From Octopus sinensis (Eukaryota), in contig NC_042997.1 in assembly GCF_006345805.1 (NCBI RefSeq), positions 62,868,001 through 62,932,000 of the forward strand: 64,000 nt of DNA. The letters run 5' to 3'. Every line of letters begins with the position of its first letter. Positions within the stretch are counted from its first letter, which is position 1. Position numbers and translations under genes: made by a program. Of the stretch, positions 50,622 through 63,044 are shown piece after piece. The notes under the pieces are model-generated. The model was not told where the DNA came from and did not search any database. It saw only the letters and a list, made by a program, of their open reading frames with translations.

Positions 50622-51687
50622 TTCTTTATTAAGCTTAATGAAAGCAACTGAAAACATTTCCGAAGAAGCTAGTCTAAAAGTCTACAAAGATTTGTCTTAT
50701 TCAGTCTAGTGTGGTAGAATCATAAGATTTGTTGATACGTAAGTGTATACGTGTATCTAGATGACCATGTAAGCAAGGAAATTGTAAATAATTTGATGGT
50801 GTGTTTGGAATATAATCTAAACATAAATGTGAAATACACCGGTATGGAAACGGGTAAATTATAGGCTACACATTCCAGCGAATTGCGTCGTAGTTTTGAT
50901 GCGCAATGAAATATGTGGAAGAATACAGATCATTTAAAGGAAAAAGGAAGTATTTAGATGATATTTTATAGCTCAGTTAGTTGAACAATTTTCATAATTT
51001 TCATCACAATTACGCAAATAACACTTATATAGCAGTGGTGTTTTACAGAGTTATATAACTTGCCTAAATAAAACCTTGGCAAATATGAACAATCTGCTCT
51101 AAGTAATAAACTGGTAACAACAATAACAACAACAGTAGAGGTATAAATAGCAGTAGAGCGGCAAGGGAAGCAGCTGTTACCGCAACAGCAGCAACAACTA
51201 TAACGAAATGAAATAATAAATCAAGCAGTATATTTCTCCACTTAAATGATTTTGTTTCATAAATCAAAGATGTCAAGTAGAACACAATGGCTAAAAATTA
51301 ATTATCTTTGAAAAATGATGCTATTAACAGGGTTAATGACCTTGACGAAAAATAGGCTCTGTACGGTTAACCGAGTAAATGAACTATTTTACAGTTATAA
51401 AGATCGTTTTTCCTTGAGAACAGTTAATATTTTTCTGTGTGTTTATTTGATTTGCCTTCTTCAAAGAATGAAACTATAAATCTTGACTGTCGATTCCTCT
51501 GATCGTTGGTTGAACTGATCTTTATAACTGAAAAATGCATAGAGCAGTTTGTTTGACATTTTCAAGTTGAGAAATGAAATTCTTCTTCTAGTTATAGAAC
51601 GGTGAGGTGACTGCTATTAAACTAAATTATCTTTCTGTATCGTACTCTTTTTCTAATTCCTTATTTTCACATACACACACACAGACG

Positions 51688-51745
<58 letters not shown>

Positions 51746-53348
51746 CATACATACACATGCACACATACACATACGCGCACACATACACACATTCATTTAA
51801 AGTCTTCACGTCATACTCACACACAAATGAATCTCTGTGAAAGAAGGGAATGTAAATTGCTCAAGTAATTTCTAGTCACATAGAAGTTCTTTTTATTGTT
51901 TACCACCACAGTCGGTTAATATACTCTTGTATTTATAAATAAAACTTAAGAATCCAATTGATATATTTTTTATTGGTATGAAATTATCTTCACAGATATT
52001 CGTTCCTTATAGAAGATGATTTGCGTCAGATAAAGTGTATTAAAATTTCTTTACTACTTAATCAGCTTATTTTAGCTTTATATTACATCATATCGGAAGA
52101 ACACCAAAGTATCGGATATAAATCGAATTTATTAATGTGAACATTAGAAGAAAGAATGTGCACCAATATATTACTACTCAGTTGATAAAAGAAAATTGAA
52201 ATCCTCCTACCAGTGACATTTATAAATTACATTGACCTTTCAATATGTACCTTATATCTTTTATGCACGGCGCTCTCGTTGGGGTTCAGTATTATCAATT
52301 TATCCGCAAAGATACTGACGCATAGACAAACTAATATAACTAATATAGATTGTGTTGATACGGAAGAGCATAAGATAACCAACAAGTCTATTTATCATAA
52401 AACCACTCACACAACAGGCAAGAATAAGGACCAGACTTTATGGAAATATTCTCTGTAATATTCTAGCCTCCTTACACAAGAATGCACCTTCCATTAGACG
52501 CCCAGAGCGACGAAATACAAGTATAAGTTTCAGTGTAGCTTGCAAACGCGTCAATATATCTTATCTTACAGGTTAAAATCACTGTTAGGCTTCATATCGC
52601 AAAATGCACTTTTAATTAATTTCCTTATCTTAAAATTCAGAGTCACTGTGACAATTTAAAAAGAATAAAATATCTAAAACCATTGAGACGTGTGTTGTAA
52701 GAAAAAACTAAAATAACTGACTAATTCCATTATCTCTATGCGATATTACTTTTAAGCCCACCTCGAGTGTCGACCTTAATCTTTCATATCCCTAGAGTCA
52801 ATAATTATCGAGAGTACATTCATACTGATAACGTCTTCTAAAAGTCTCTCATAAAAATAATATCACTTAAAGGCTTATAAAAAGACTGAGTAGTTATTTA
52901 TCTTATTGATGTTAAAACATTAAATAATTCGGCGACTTCAAATCTTCTAGTTTCGATCAGCTGCATCAACTTCAGAAAAATATAATTAGGAGCTTTACTT
53001 ACGGCACGAGTTGAGCTAAACAACTTGAGTTAACGAACTACTCACCAGATATACAGTAATTTCTGTAGCATTGCTTTTGCAGAAGTGTTTAAGTTTTACT
53101 TCACAACGTTACTGATTAAGGTTAAAAAATGCGTCTTCAAAATATTTTACTACTAGAAATAAAAATTCTTCTATTTTAAAGGTGTTTGAAAAGTAACATA
53201 AGTACCTGTGCATTTTCCCGTTTATTAAATTTTGTTTTCCTAAATCAAGCATAAAACTTTTTTAATGAATTTGTTGACGCAATAATATAAAATTGACAAA
53301 ATAATTAACTAGTAAGCACAGAAACACAAATACACATATAAACGCTTA

Positions 53349-53776
53349 GGATCTTTTCGGTTTGAACGGCAGTTTTTTCTAGCGGTGTCATATGAAATTG
53401 TCACCCATAATTATGACCCTAGTATCGATCTATTGCATTTCAATCTGTTTTAGGATTAGGGTTAGAGTTAGGGTTAAGGGTGGGGGGAAGGGTATTTTTT
53501 TTAATTCAGAAATGTAAATAAACCAATCTGTTTCTTAAACGAGGGACATATTCATACGGCACAGAATGTTTTCACCTCACCAGACGTCATTGATTGGTTG
53601 ATATTGCAGAAATTGAAGAAAAAAACCAACAAGTATCTTACAAACTATAGAATTTTCTCAATAAAGCTAAGAGAAAAAGATGTTTTATAAACACATTCTA
53701 ACAGTATACGTAGTTTAAAAGTGTTTAGTTACGTGGAAATTATTTAAAAAAAATGCCGTTCAAACCGAAAAGATCC
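53349..53776. mobile_element. Young 428-bp MITE with perfect 23-bp TIRs, 8-bp TSD and internal telomeric repeats
   Basis: TIRs ggatcttttcggtttgaacggca and tgccgttcaaaccgaaaagatcc. TSD aacgctta at 53341-53348 and 53777-53784. ttaggattagggttagagttagggttaaggg at ~53450-53480. Confidence 0.95.
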
Positions 53777-54789
53777 AACGCTTAGACTACGAACAACTAG
53801 TGAGGTTTTTGCATAATCAGTCAGTCTACTAAATTGCTCAAAATTGCAACCAAGTCTCCTTTAAAATGTATTACACCATATTTAAAATAAACACTCGTAA
53901 ATTCCTATAACGGCAAACATGTTTTTACAATGGTGAGTATGCATCGATAAGCATATATGTGTGGCTGAAACGTTCGCTTCTATCATCCTTTCTAGCTAAG
54001 TTAGTCACGCTATAGAAACTTCTACAATTAAAACAAAAACAAAATGGTATCATCATTCTGAATCATATATATGATTCCGATTAATTATGGACGGCATTAT
54101 ATATTTACTGTAATTAAAGATAAAAAAGTTTATAGATATATACTAAATGAAATATGTTAAATAATGGCTGAAGAAAAAATTCATTTCAAATTAAAAAGTA
54201 ATTCAAAGAACAATAGATTCGTTTTATTATTTTATACAATTTTACACCTTTCTTTAATATGTTTCGGATTTATCTGAACGCTTATATATTTCCAAAAATA
54301 ATACAACAAATGCATTATAGTTTTCCAAACTATTTTAAAATCCAAACACTTATGCAAAAACTAGATATGAAGGGTTTGGCGAACCTCCACAGCCACCACC
54401 ACCAAGCTGTTATTTAGCCGGCTAAAAATAGTAGCTAAAGCTCTCACAATTCACACACATAAATAAAGGTTATACTCAACAATATAGTCCCATATATACA
54501 AGTAGACGAAATAACAGAACTAACGGATATATATATACCTATAAAAATTGTGAGTATGTAATTATATGCGTGTATGCACATATGTATGCATGTATGTATG
54601 TATGTATGTATGTATGTATGTATATATATATATATATATATCCTCACTATAGAAACTAAAAGAAAACTGCCCGGGTTAACGTTGAGCGACTCGCTGTAGC
54701 CAAAACCAAGATTATATCAATTGAAATTCACCATATCACACTTTACTATCTGTGAGACTTTCGACATTGTAAACCTAGGCATTAAAAAA

Positions 54790-55481
54790 ACTGAGTGGTC
54801 ACGATTTAAACATCTTTGAAAATATTGTTATATGAATATTAAGGTTCATTTTTTACAGAGTCATCTAGATAAATTTCCCGATAATTGCGGCGATGTGAGT
54901 GATGAGCAAAGTGAACGATTCCATCAGGATATCAAACAATGAAAGAGCGCTACGAGGGATGGTGAGACAAACGAATGATGGCTGACTACTGCTGGAGAAT
55001 CAAAAATGAATTAACATTGAACATGACAGACAATGAAGAAAGAGAAAATTTTTACCATAGTTCTTATGTTCACGAAGGTTTTATTTCTGCTCTTAGTTTA
55101 TTTAATGATTTGATGAAAATACTTGTTGGTCTTAGTATATTCAATCGTGTTATTTTTAAAGACTTAGGGGTCTGATTGTTATTGCAAATATAGTATTTCT
55201 CAATAAGCAGACCAATATTTGTTGGTTTAAATACGAATTGAGAGGTTTCTACGTTTTTACTTTGAGAAATATTGCCATTAATCAATATCAAATATACAGA
55301 AAACAAATGAAAAAAAATGCTTCCCCACCCCCAAAATAAGGCCTTTCTGTACAGTAAAAACGGTAGCCAACCAAGAAAAAGTAATGTCATTTTCAGATCT
55401 AGCACCCTCAAACTAGCTAAAAAAAAAAAAGATCTTTGGTGTCACGACACCATTTCAAAATTTTATTTTTGTTGACCAGTA
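54790..55481 (+). mobile_element. 3' remnant of a Chapaev3 (CMC) DNA transposon
   Basis: MNIKVHFLQSHLDKFPDNCGDVSDEQSERFHQDIK..MKERYEGW*DKRMMADYCWRIK (54832 onward), the HSHLDxFPxNxGxVSDEQGERFHQD signature. Right end ttttgttgaccagta resembles a CACTG-type TIR. Confidence 0.85.
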
Positions 55482-55617
55482 TTATTCGGGGCAGTTGGCT
55501 TGCAAACATAATGCTGTAACTATGATCCAAATACTTAAGTCTACACCCACACTACCTAGATGTAATTAGATGCCGCGAATTAGAATAGCTTACAACTTTA
55601 AATAGCAATATTATTTT

Positions 55618-55792
55618 ATCACTTCGTCTGTCTTTACAATCTGAGTTCAAATTCTGCTGAGGTCGACTTTGCCTTTCATCCTTTCGGAGTCGATAAATTA
55701 AGTACCAGTTGTGTACTGGGGTCGATCTAATTGACTAGCCCCCACCTCAAAAATGTCCGGCCTTGTGCCTAGAGTAGAAAGGAATATTATTT
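55618..55792 (+). mobile_element. SINE family A, 5'-truncated
   Basis: ttcgtctgtctttacaatctgagttcaaattctgctgaggtcgactttgcc...ggccttgtgcctagagtagaaaggaatattatt. Confidence 0.9.
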
Positions 55793-56298
55793 TATAACTT
55801 GAATGTATCACCGCTTAATGTATTAGGTTCAAATTTCCATGCGGGTTTCTGAAGTAATGAAAGCGTTAACAAAAACCAACACAAAACAAAATAATATAAA
55901 ACATTTCCATAGATATTTCTTTCGGCACCATTATTGAGATTGGGCTCAGAAGGGAAGGAATAATCTGAACAATTTCAGATCATTAAGCAATCTGATCATA
56001 TTTTAGAGCCTACTGAGTAGTAATAAATTTTAAAACATCACATATTTCTAGCAGCAGAATCCAAAGCGAGAGACATTAAACTTCCATTTTTTTTGGTTCA
56101 TATAAGAAATAATTTGATAGTCGTGAAAAGAAAAACATCTACTGGATGTATTATTCGAGATATTATTTAAATATTTAGATATATAATTATGACATTACTT
56201 TGTAACAAATACTTGATGCCAATCACTTTATAAGAACTTCGTGTTAGATTTCAACTTTCAAAACGTATTGCTAAAAATAAAGCAATAGATCACACACA

Positions 56299-56393
<95 letters not shown>

Positions 56394-56695
56394 GTGTATA
56401 ATATAAATATTTTGTTAAAACTGTTAAAACCACTTCTACTCTTAGAGTAGGTTGAGTGACTTTGTGGATGTTAAGAAAACAGCTAATGTTTTCCAAAGAT
56501 TAATATCGTATCAAATCGAGTGGAGCGAAACAAGTTAAGTGGAGAGACAGAAACGTTTGAATGCAGGACTAAACATATGTCCTGCAGTATCTAATAACCT
56601 CTATTAAAACTGTGAGTTCAAACTTTATCAAGGTTGTGTTTCGTCTTTGTAGAATCACTAAACACCAGTATTGATCTGGCTTTGAGCAAACCAAT

Positions 56696-56796
<101 letters not shown>

Positions 56797-56895
56797 TCAC
56801 ATTTGTTTTATGTCGAGTTATAATAAAAACAGATTTGTTACGGAGGTGTACTGGAATAACAAGTGTATTGATCTGCGATCATGTGCTGAACCTAA

Positions 56896-57184
56896 AGCGA
56901 TTGCAGCGTGGGAGGCATAAATTAGCCATTCAGAAACACACAAAGACCGTCAACTTCCACTTAAACGTTTATTTGAAATATGAAGTCAAAACCTTTGTTA
57001 CTTGATGCTACAACCCATTTTCTGACAAAAAGATTTTGCAGCAAAATTTTTGTCAGTGACCAGGTCGCAGGTTTGAGCGCCGAAATGTTTGACAGCATAT
57101 TACATATGAATGTTTAAATGAAGTTGACGGTGTTTGAATGCTTCTGAGTAGCTAACAGTAGCTGTCTTTTTTGCTGCAATCGCT
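56896..57184. repeat. ~290-bp imperfect foldback (palindrome)
   Basis: Outer agcgattgcagc/gctgcaatcgct, middle accgtcaacttc/gaagttgacggt, centre ctgacaaaa-ag-attttgc-a-gcaaaat-ttttgtcag. Confidence 0.85.
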
Positions 57185-57579
57185 ATCGTGAAAATGATGA
57201 TACATTAAACTGAACGATTACTCAATATTTTTCTAGAGAACGTGCTGAATTATTTCTATATGTGTATGTATGTGTGTGTGTGTGTGTGTATGGGAATCTG
57301 TCGCGATTTTCCATAAAACGATTCTTTTCAACTTGCTTTAGAAATCTAAATAATATTAAATATTCTACATATCTTTCATATTGTCACATAGCCATTGATG
57401 TTCGAGAGAGATAGAGAGAGAGAGAGAAAGAGAGAGAAAGAGAGAGGGAGTGAGAGAGGGAGAGAGAGAGAAAGAAAGAGATAGTGAGAGAAAGAAAAAG
57501 AAGATGAAATAAAAATTTAAGTATTGTTGATATTTTATTATCCCACAAAGGATTAAAGCTCCATAAAAAAAGAAAAGAG

Positions 57580-57920
57580 CGATCTCTGTGAGATTCGACC
57601 TCAAAGCGCTGAGAGACGGTAAGTACACATCGTATGCTACATGCCCTGTCCTCTAATCTGCCAGACAAGCTTCACATAGAAAGCGAATATACTCAGGATA
57701 TGTTACAATCCCATTCTTATCTCGTACAGATATGTTACCACTGACAGATCTGAATAACTTAAAACTATACATCATATGAAGGATATTTAATTTCCTCCTT
57801 TTTACTACATCGGTTACTTTATATAACGCACCGAAATTCGCATACGAATTTTGCATATTTTCTGTAATTCTTTTGTCTATTTCAGAATTGATTATTATAT
57901 CCGCTATTAAATTATATCCT
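57580..57920 (-). mobile_element. Decayed RTE-clade LINE RT C-terminal fragment
   Basis: INSEIDKRI..SYANFGALYK..KLNILHMMY..YIRFL..RTGHVAY.. resembles RTE ID.EI..RI.KAS.AFG.L..TK..VY..HIR.LE..W.GHV.RM. Confidence 0.6.
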
Positions 57921-58358
57921 ATCTTTTCTATATAGAATCCACACACATACACATTTGCGTACTTGTATACACACACAGCTACATACAGTCTCATATATTG
58001 ATAGCGCGTCTGCTGCTTTGTTTTGAGTTCCTGGTCTATAGGAGATTGTGTAATTTATGTCTGAGAGGTCCAAGTGCCAATGTTTAAGTTTTTGATTTTT
58101 GATTTTTGATGTCCTTTGCTAAATTTGTCATAAACCGGTGCAAAGATGGCTTGTATTCAAATTTTATTCTGCTCGCCGTCTAATCCTTTAATCACGGCTG
58201 TCCAACGATAAAGACAAGTTGTTTTATATTAGGTAAAAACAGTATCCATCTATCAACGTCATTCGACACTATGCCGCACTTTCGCACTCAGTACAAAATA
58301 AGAAATCTATATCTTTATAGATTTCTTAATATCTTTATATCTTTATATCTTTATAGAA

Positions 58359-58590
58359 AAGGCAGCGAGCTGGCAGAACCGTTAGCACGCCGGGCGAAAT
58401 GCGTAGCCGTATTTCGTCTGCCGCTACGTTCTGAGTTCAAATTCCGCCGAGGTCGACTTTGCCTTTCATCCTTTCGGGGTCGATAAATTAAGTACCAGTT
58501 AAGCACTGGGGTCGATGTAATCGTCTTAATCCGTTTGTCTGTCCTTGTTTGTCCCCTCTATGTTTAACCCCTTGTGGGTAATAAAGAAAC
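58359..58590 (+). mobile_element. SINE family A, young full-length copy with TSD-like flanks
   Basis: A-box-like tggcagaaccg, B-box-like gagttcaaattcc, complete body, subfamily tail aatccgtttgtctgtccttgtttgtcccctc...ataaagaaa. tatatctttat occurs on both sides. Confidence 0.95.
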
Positions 58591-58972
58591 GTATATCTTT
58601 ATCTATTGTAGGAAGAAAGTTAGCTTCATGCAAACTGTAGAAAATATAAAAACCAACTTTCAGGGACAATAGTGGTTTGTTGAGGCGGTAGGTTGTGGAT
58701 ATTTTCTGTATCTAAGTACAGTAAGCTGATTGAATCGCCCGTATGTTAACAAGTACCTCCTTGCGACAATGTAAACCTCATTTAATCAAGACACCCTTGG
58801 CCTGAAGAGGAGACTTGCGGTATACACCTCGCTTGGATAGTTACCACTTCAGCGGTTCCGCTTGTTATGAAACATATGTAGCACGGATAGTATCTACTCC
58901 CTTCTTTAATTCTTGTATAAATATAAATATAACTAACTAACTAACTAACTAAATAAATAAATAAATAAATAT

Positions 58973-59033
<61 letters not shown>

Positions 59034-59034
59034 C

Positions 59035-59229
59035 GCCATGATAGATCGTTAGCCACTACACACATTTTTGTTTCTCTCCTTGTTTCTCTCCTTGTTTTTC
59101 TGTGTACCTTTCTATAAAAGAGCGTAGGCTCGAAACGTAAAAGACTTTTTCTATTCCTGAGCGTTATACTAATATATATGTTTGTTTTGTACACCACCTG
59201 TCTTCGTCTTTTTTTTTTTCGTAAACTTT

Positions 59230-59232
<3 letters not shown>
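59035..59232 (+). repeat. Dispersed repeat (Penelope-like terminal repeat candidate) with a hammerhead-like motif
   Basis: cttt-ctataaaa-GAGC-gtag-GCTC-GAAAC-gta-aaag at 59108-59143; homologue at 48313-48420. The PLE assignment is an inference. Confidence 0.55.
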
Positions 59233-59282
<50 letters not shown>

Positions 59283-59837
59283 ATATATATGTATAGGATA
59301 AAAAGAATATGAAATGATAAAAGCCGTATGTTGTGATGGCATCAAATGAGGATTAGTCCATATCTCCATATGTTGTATATTGAACCAAGTTCATACAGAG
59401 AGATTTAAAAAAATATTCTAATTAGTTCTACATGTTGTTTTTTATGGGAGCATGTGCATACTTTCTTTAATAGACACTGAAAAATTACACCATACCGTAC
59501 GAACAAAATTCTAATTCGAAAAAGAATAATATTGAAAAAGAAGTATTTGGGTATAGACAGGAAACATTTACCCTTATACCAACTTATGCAGCTACAATTT
59601 ATAAAAGGGTATTTGATAATTATAAAACCACGCGGTATGCTCAACAATAAACAAAGGATAGTATCTGAAAGTAGAAATTATAGCGAAAGAATACATTTAA
59701 GCTAAAACTGGTGTAACATAGACACATGTAGATAAACATAACATACACATACATACAATACACAAACTCACATGCATATATGCATATATACGCACACACA
59801 CTCACAAACATTTATATACGTCTGTGCGTACACACAT

Positions 59838-59893
<56 letters not shown>

Positions 59894-60248
59894 ATAGATA
59901 TATACATACACATGTATATATCTATATAGTTGCGTTTACAATCTTATCTTTATGTAGTTGCACACACACACGTGTGTGTGTATTTAAAAAAAAGAAGGTT
60001 GAAAACGCCACTACATAAGATGAATTTTAATTTTCTTAGAAATTTTACATGTTTCGTTTCTTCTTGAAAAAACGACCCTTATCAAAAATATTTTTAAAAG
60101 TTATGTGTAATAAAAGAGCTCATAGTTGTTTCATACTAGTCTCAACAGAGTCCACGTGGTGGTTTTTTTGTGGTGGGGAGCATAATAACCGTCTTGTGTG
60201 TTGACTAGATTCGTTGGCTGAAGTTGGGGAAATGACCAGCGGACATAT

Positions 60249-60285
<37 letters not shown>

Positions 60286-60387
60286 GGACACACATACATG
60301 TGCGTAGGAGCCTTTATATTTATATTGGGTATATATGTGTGTTTTGTGAGAATTTATACATGTATACACACACACACACACACACAT

Positions 60388-60428
<41 letters not shown>

Positions 60429-60980
60429 AACACCCAAACGCGCACACAGCCGTATGTGTAGGACATTAGTTTAATTGAAGTAAACACCATCAATAGCATA
60501 CACCACCGTGCTTAATATTAATATCTGGTTAGTGCATACAATGTTTTTATTGATCGACAACTGGGAAACAAATGCCAAGGAAAAAAATTGTGGGGAATCA
60601 GCATCGAAGAAGAAATAGCAACTCTCAAAATAAACAGATACGTAGTCTTGGAAAACAAGAGAAGAAAACGGTAAATGAGACAATAATTACGAAGTCCCTA
60701 TTGGCTATCTGGAACTACCGGTGCTAAATGTGTAATAACTTTTAAATCAAGTGTGAACTCCAGAGAGTCCACAAATAGATGAATACCAATTGAAAACGAC
60801 TAGCCTCTGGCTCGAGAGATAGCCGTGTTGAAAAGCATTGTTACCTGTGATAATAGTTTCTATAGTTTTATTAATTACATACTTAACTTAAAGCAGTTGG
60901 AATCAATGAGTGAATCACTGTTAGTCGAGAGAAATCTCATAGTGCTTAGAGAAAGGTTATTAAAAGGGGTAGTGAAATTT

Positions 60981-61363
60981 AGGAGTGGCTGTGTGGTAAG
61001 TAGCTTGCATGCGAACCACATGGTTCTGGGTTTAGTCCTACTGCGTAGCACCTTGGGCAAGTGTCTTCTACTATAGCCTCGGGCCAACCAAAGCCTTGTG
61101 AGTGGATTTGGTAGATGGAAACAGAAAGAAGCCCGTCATATATATCTATATCTATATATATGTATGTGTGTGTCTGTGTTTGTCCCCCCAACATCGCTTG
61201 ACAACCGATACTGGTGTGTTAACGTCCCCGTAACTTAGAGGTTCGGCAAAAGAGACCGATAGAATAAGTACAAGGCTTACAAAGAATAAGTCCTGGGGTC
61301 GATTTGCTTGACTAAAAGCTGGTGCTCCAGCATGGCCACAGTCAAATGACAAACAAGTAAAAA
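60981..61363 (+). mobile_element. tRNA-derived SINE, family C, near full length
   Basis: aggagtggctgtgtggtaag (A box), gggtttagtcc (degenerate B box), caccttgggcaagtgtcttctactatagcctcggg, internal (TA)/(TG) tract, 3' gtgctccagcatggccacagtcaaatgac. Confidence 0.9.
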
Positions 61364-61964
61364 AATATTTTCATTCATTGAAACAATGAATATTTTCATT
61401 CATTGAAACAATCAACCGTAACATTTTCACTAATCAAAAACTATGTTTTGGGACTTACTAGTGCTATAGCCAGTAATGGATTCTTCCAATTAACTTTATA
61501 GTCTACATTACTTGCTAAATAACGGTTGAGTAAAGTCAGAACTGTTTATAAAAAGTATAAGAATATAAAGGAAATATCGCAACTGAGAGGTGTCACCCTA
61601 CTCAATCTACGAACGGGTATAAATACATATTTTTGCTGTGATATATTGCAAATATTGTTTTGTGATTATCTGCCTCAACAATTCCCAACAATTAGCAGTT
61701 ACTATACTGATCGGCATCATTTAAGATCACAAAACAAGTACTACACTCTTCAATGTACTTACAGCAGGTATAACACTTATCGAAATAATATTATCCTTCC
61801 TATACATTTCTACGAGAGGTTCACATATTCTCTACATAGGTAAGACTGCATACAAAAACTGACTACCTTTCCTACGACCAGTAATTCCCAACCGGGGAGT
61901 ATTAGGGATCCGTGAACTAAATTTAAAATTTCACACACACACACTCACACACATATATATATAT

Positions 61965-62186
61965 ATTTCTTTACTACCCACAAGGGGCTAAACATAGAGG
62001 GGACAAACAAGGAGAGACAAACGGATTAAGTCGATTACATCGACCCCAGTGCTTAACTGGTACTTATTTACATCGACCCCGAAAGGATGAAAGGCAAAGT
62101 CGACCTCGGCAGAATTTGAACTCAGAACATAGCGGCAGACGAAATACTGCTAAGCATTTCGCCCGACGTGCTAACGTTTCTGCCAG

Positions 62187-62189
<3 letters not shown>
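61965..62189 (-). mobile_element. SINE family A, young copy, same subfamily as 58359
   Basis: atttctttactacccacaagggg...ggacaaacaaggagagacaaacggattaag...gaatttgaactcagaac..tttctgccagctc. Confidence 0.95.
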
Positions 62190-62249
<60 letters not shown>

Positions 62250-62251
62250 TA

Positions 62252-62296
<45 letters not shown>

Positions 62297-62480
62297 CATA
62301 CATTTGTATATATATATATATATATACATACATACATTGTATATATATATATATATATATATACATACATACATTTGTATATATATATATATATATATAT
62401 ATACATACATACATTTGTATATATATATATTATATATATATACATACATACATTTGTATATATATATATATATATTTATA
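62190..62480. repeat. (TA)n tract grading into a higher-order unit (TA)n-catacatacatttg
   Basis: Five copies of tacatacatacattt?gta separated by TA runs, ~62291-62460. Confidence 0.9.
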
Positions 62481-62940
62481 AAAATATGGTAAAGTAAAAA
62501 AATTCACTTTACCACACACCGAACTTTTCAGAAATAGCAGCCAAAAATTTGGCTATTTCCTCAACTGCAAATAAAAGTCTCCAGACAATGCATACTCAGA
62601 AAATAACCTACATACCGAATACTGCTTGGTCGAATTTATTAACAATTAATTAATTCTACCCCCTTTTTTGATGACAATATAATGCTTTTCTCTCCAAGAA
62701 TTTGAACTACAGGTTTTACCTCTGTAGAAATGCACTACTCTATGACTCACGTGGGTGGACAGGGAGAATAACAGATCTCATTCGTATTTTTGGATTCGCT
62801 AGTACTGGGTGTCTGGCATGGTTTGTCCGATAATTAAGTATTGAACTTTCACCACGTGAGTTTTTTCAGTGAAATATTGTTGTTGAATTTGTGTTAAAAC
62901 CTGTTTAAATTGTCTTGTTAAAAAATTGTTTGAACTGTTG

Positions 62941-62989
62941 CTGGTTTTGAACCAGGAAAACTTTGTTTTCCCCTCCTCACGGAGGGGAA
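62941..62989 (+). promoter_or_regulatory. Two adjacent hairpins in the putative LINE 5' UTR
   Basis: ctggtt-ttg-aaccag (62941-62955) and ttcccctcc-tcac-ggaggggaa (62968-62989). Function inferred only. Confidence 0.4.
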
Positions 62990-63044
62990 CTGCTGTACAT
63001 TGAAACACACGAAAAAAAAAAAAACACACACATTCCACGGAAAA

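Noticed and set aside
59476-59650. 58-codon open frame after a pyrimidine tract and AG (TLKNYTIPYEQ..)
   Set aside because: No recognisable domain, no partner exon and no donor site. Compatible with chance in AT-rich DNA.
61364-61412. 24-bp tandem duplication aatattttcattcattgaaacaat
   Set aside because: Only two copies and no spacers; an ordinary slippage duplication. No CRISPR-like array exists in the window.
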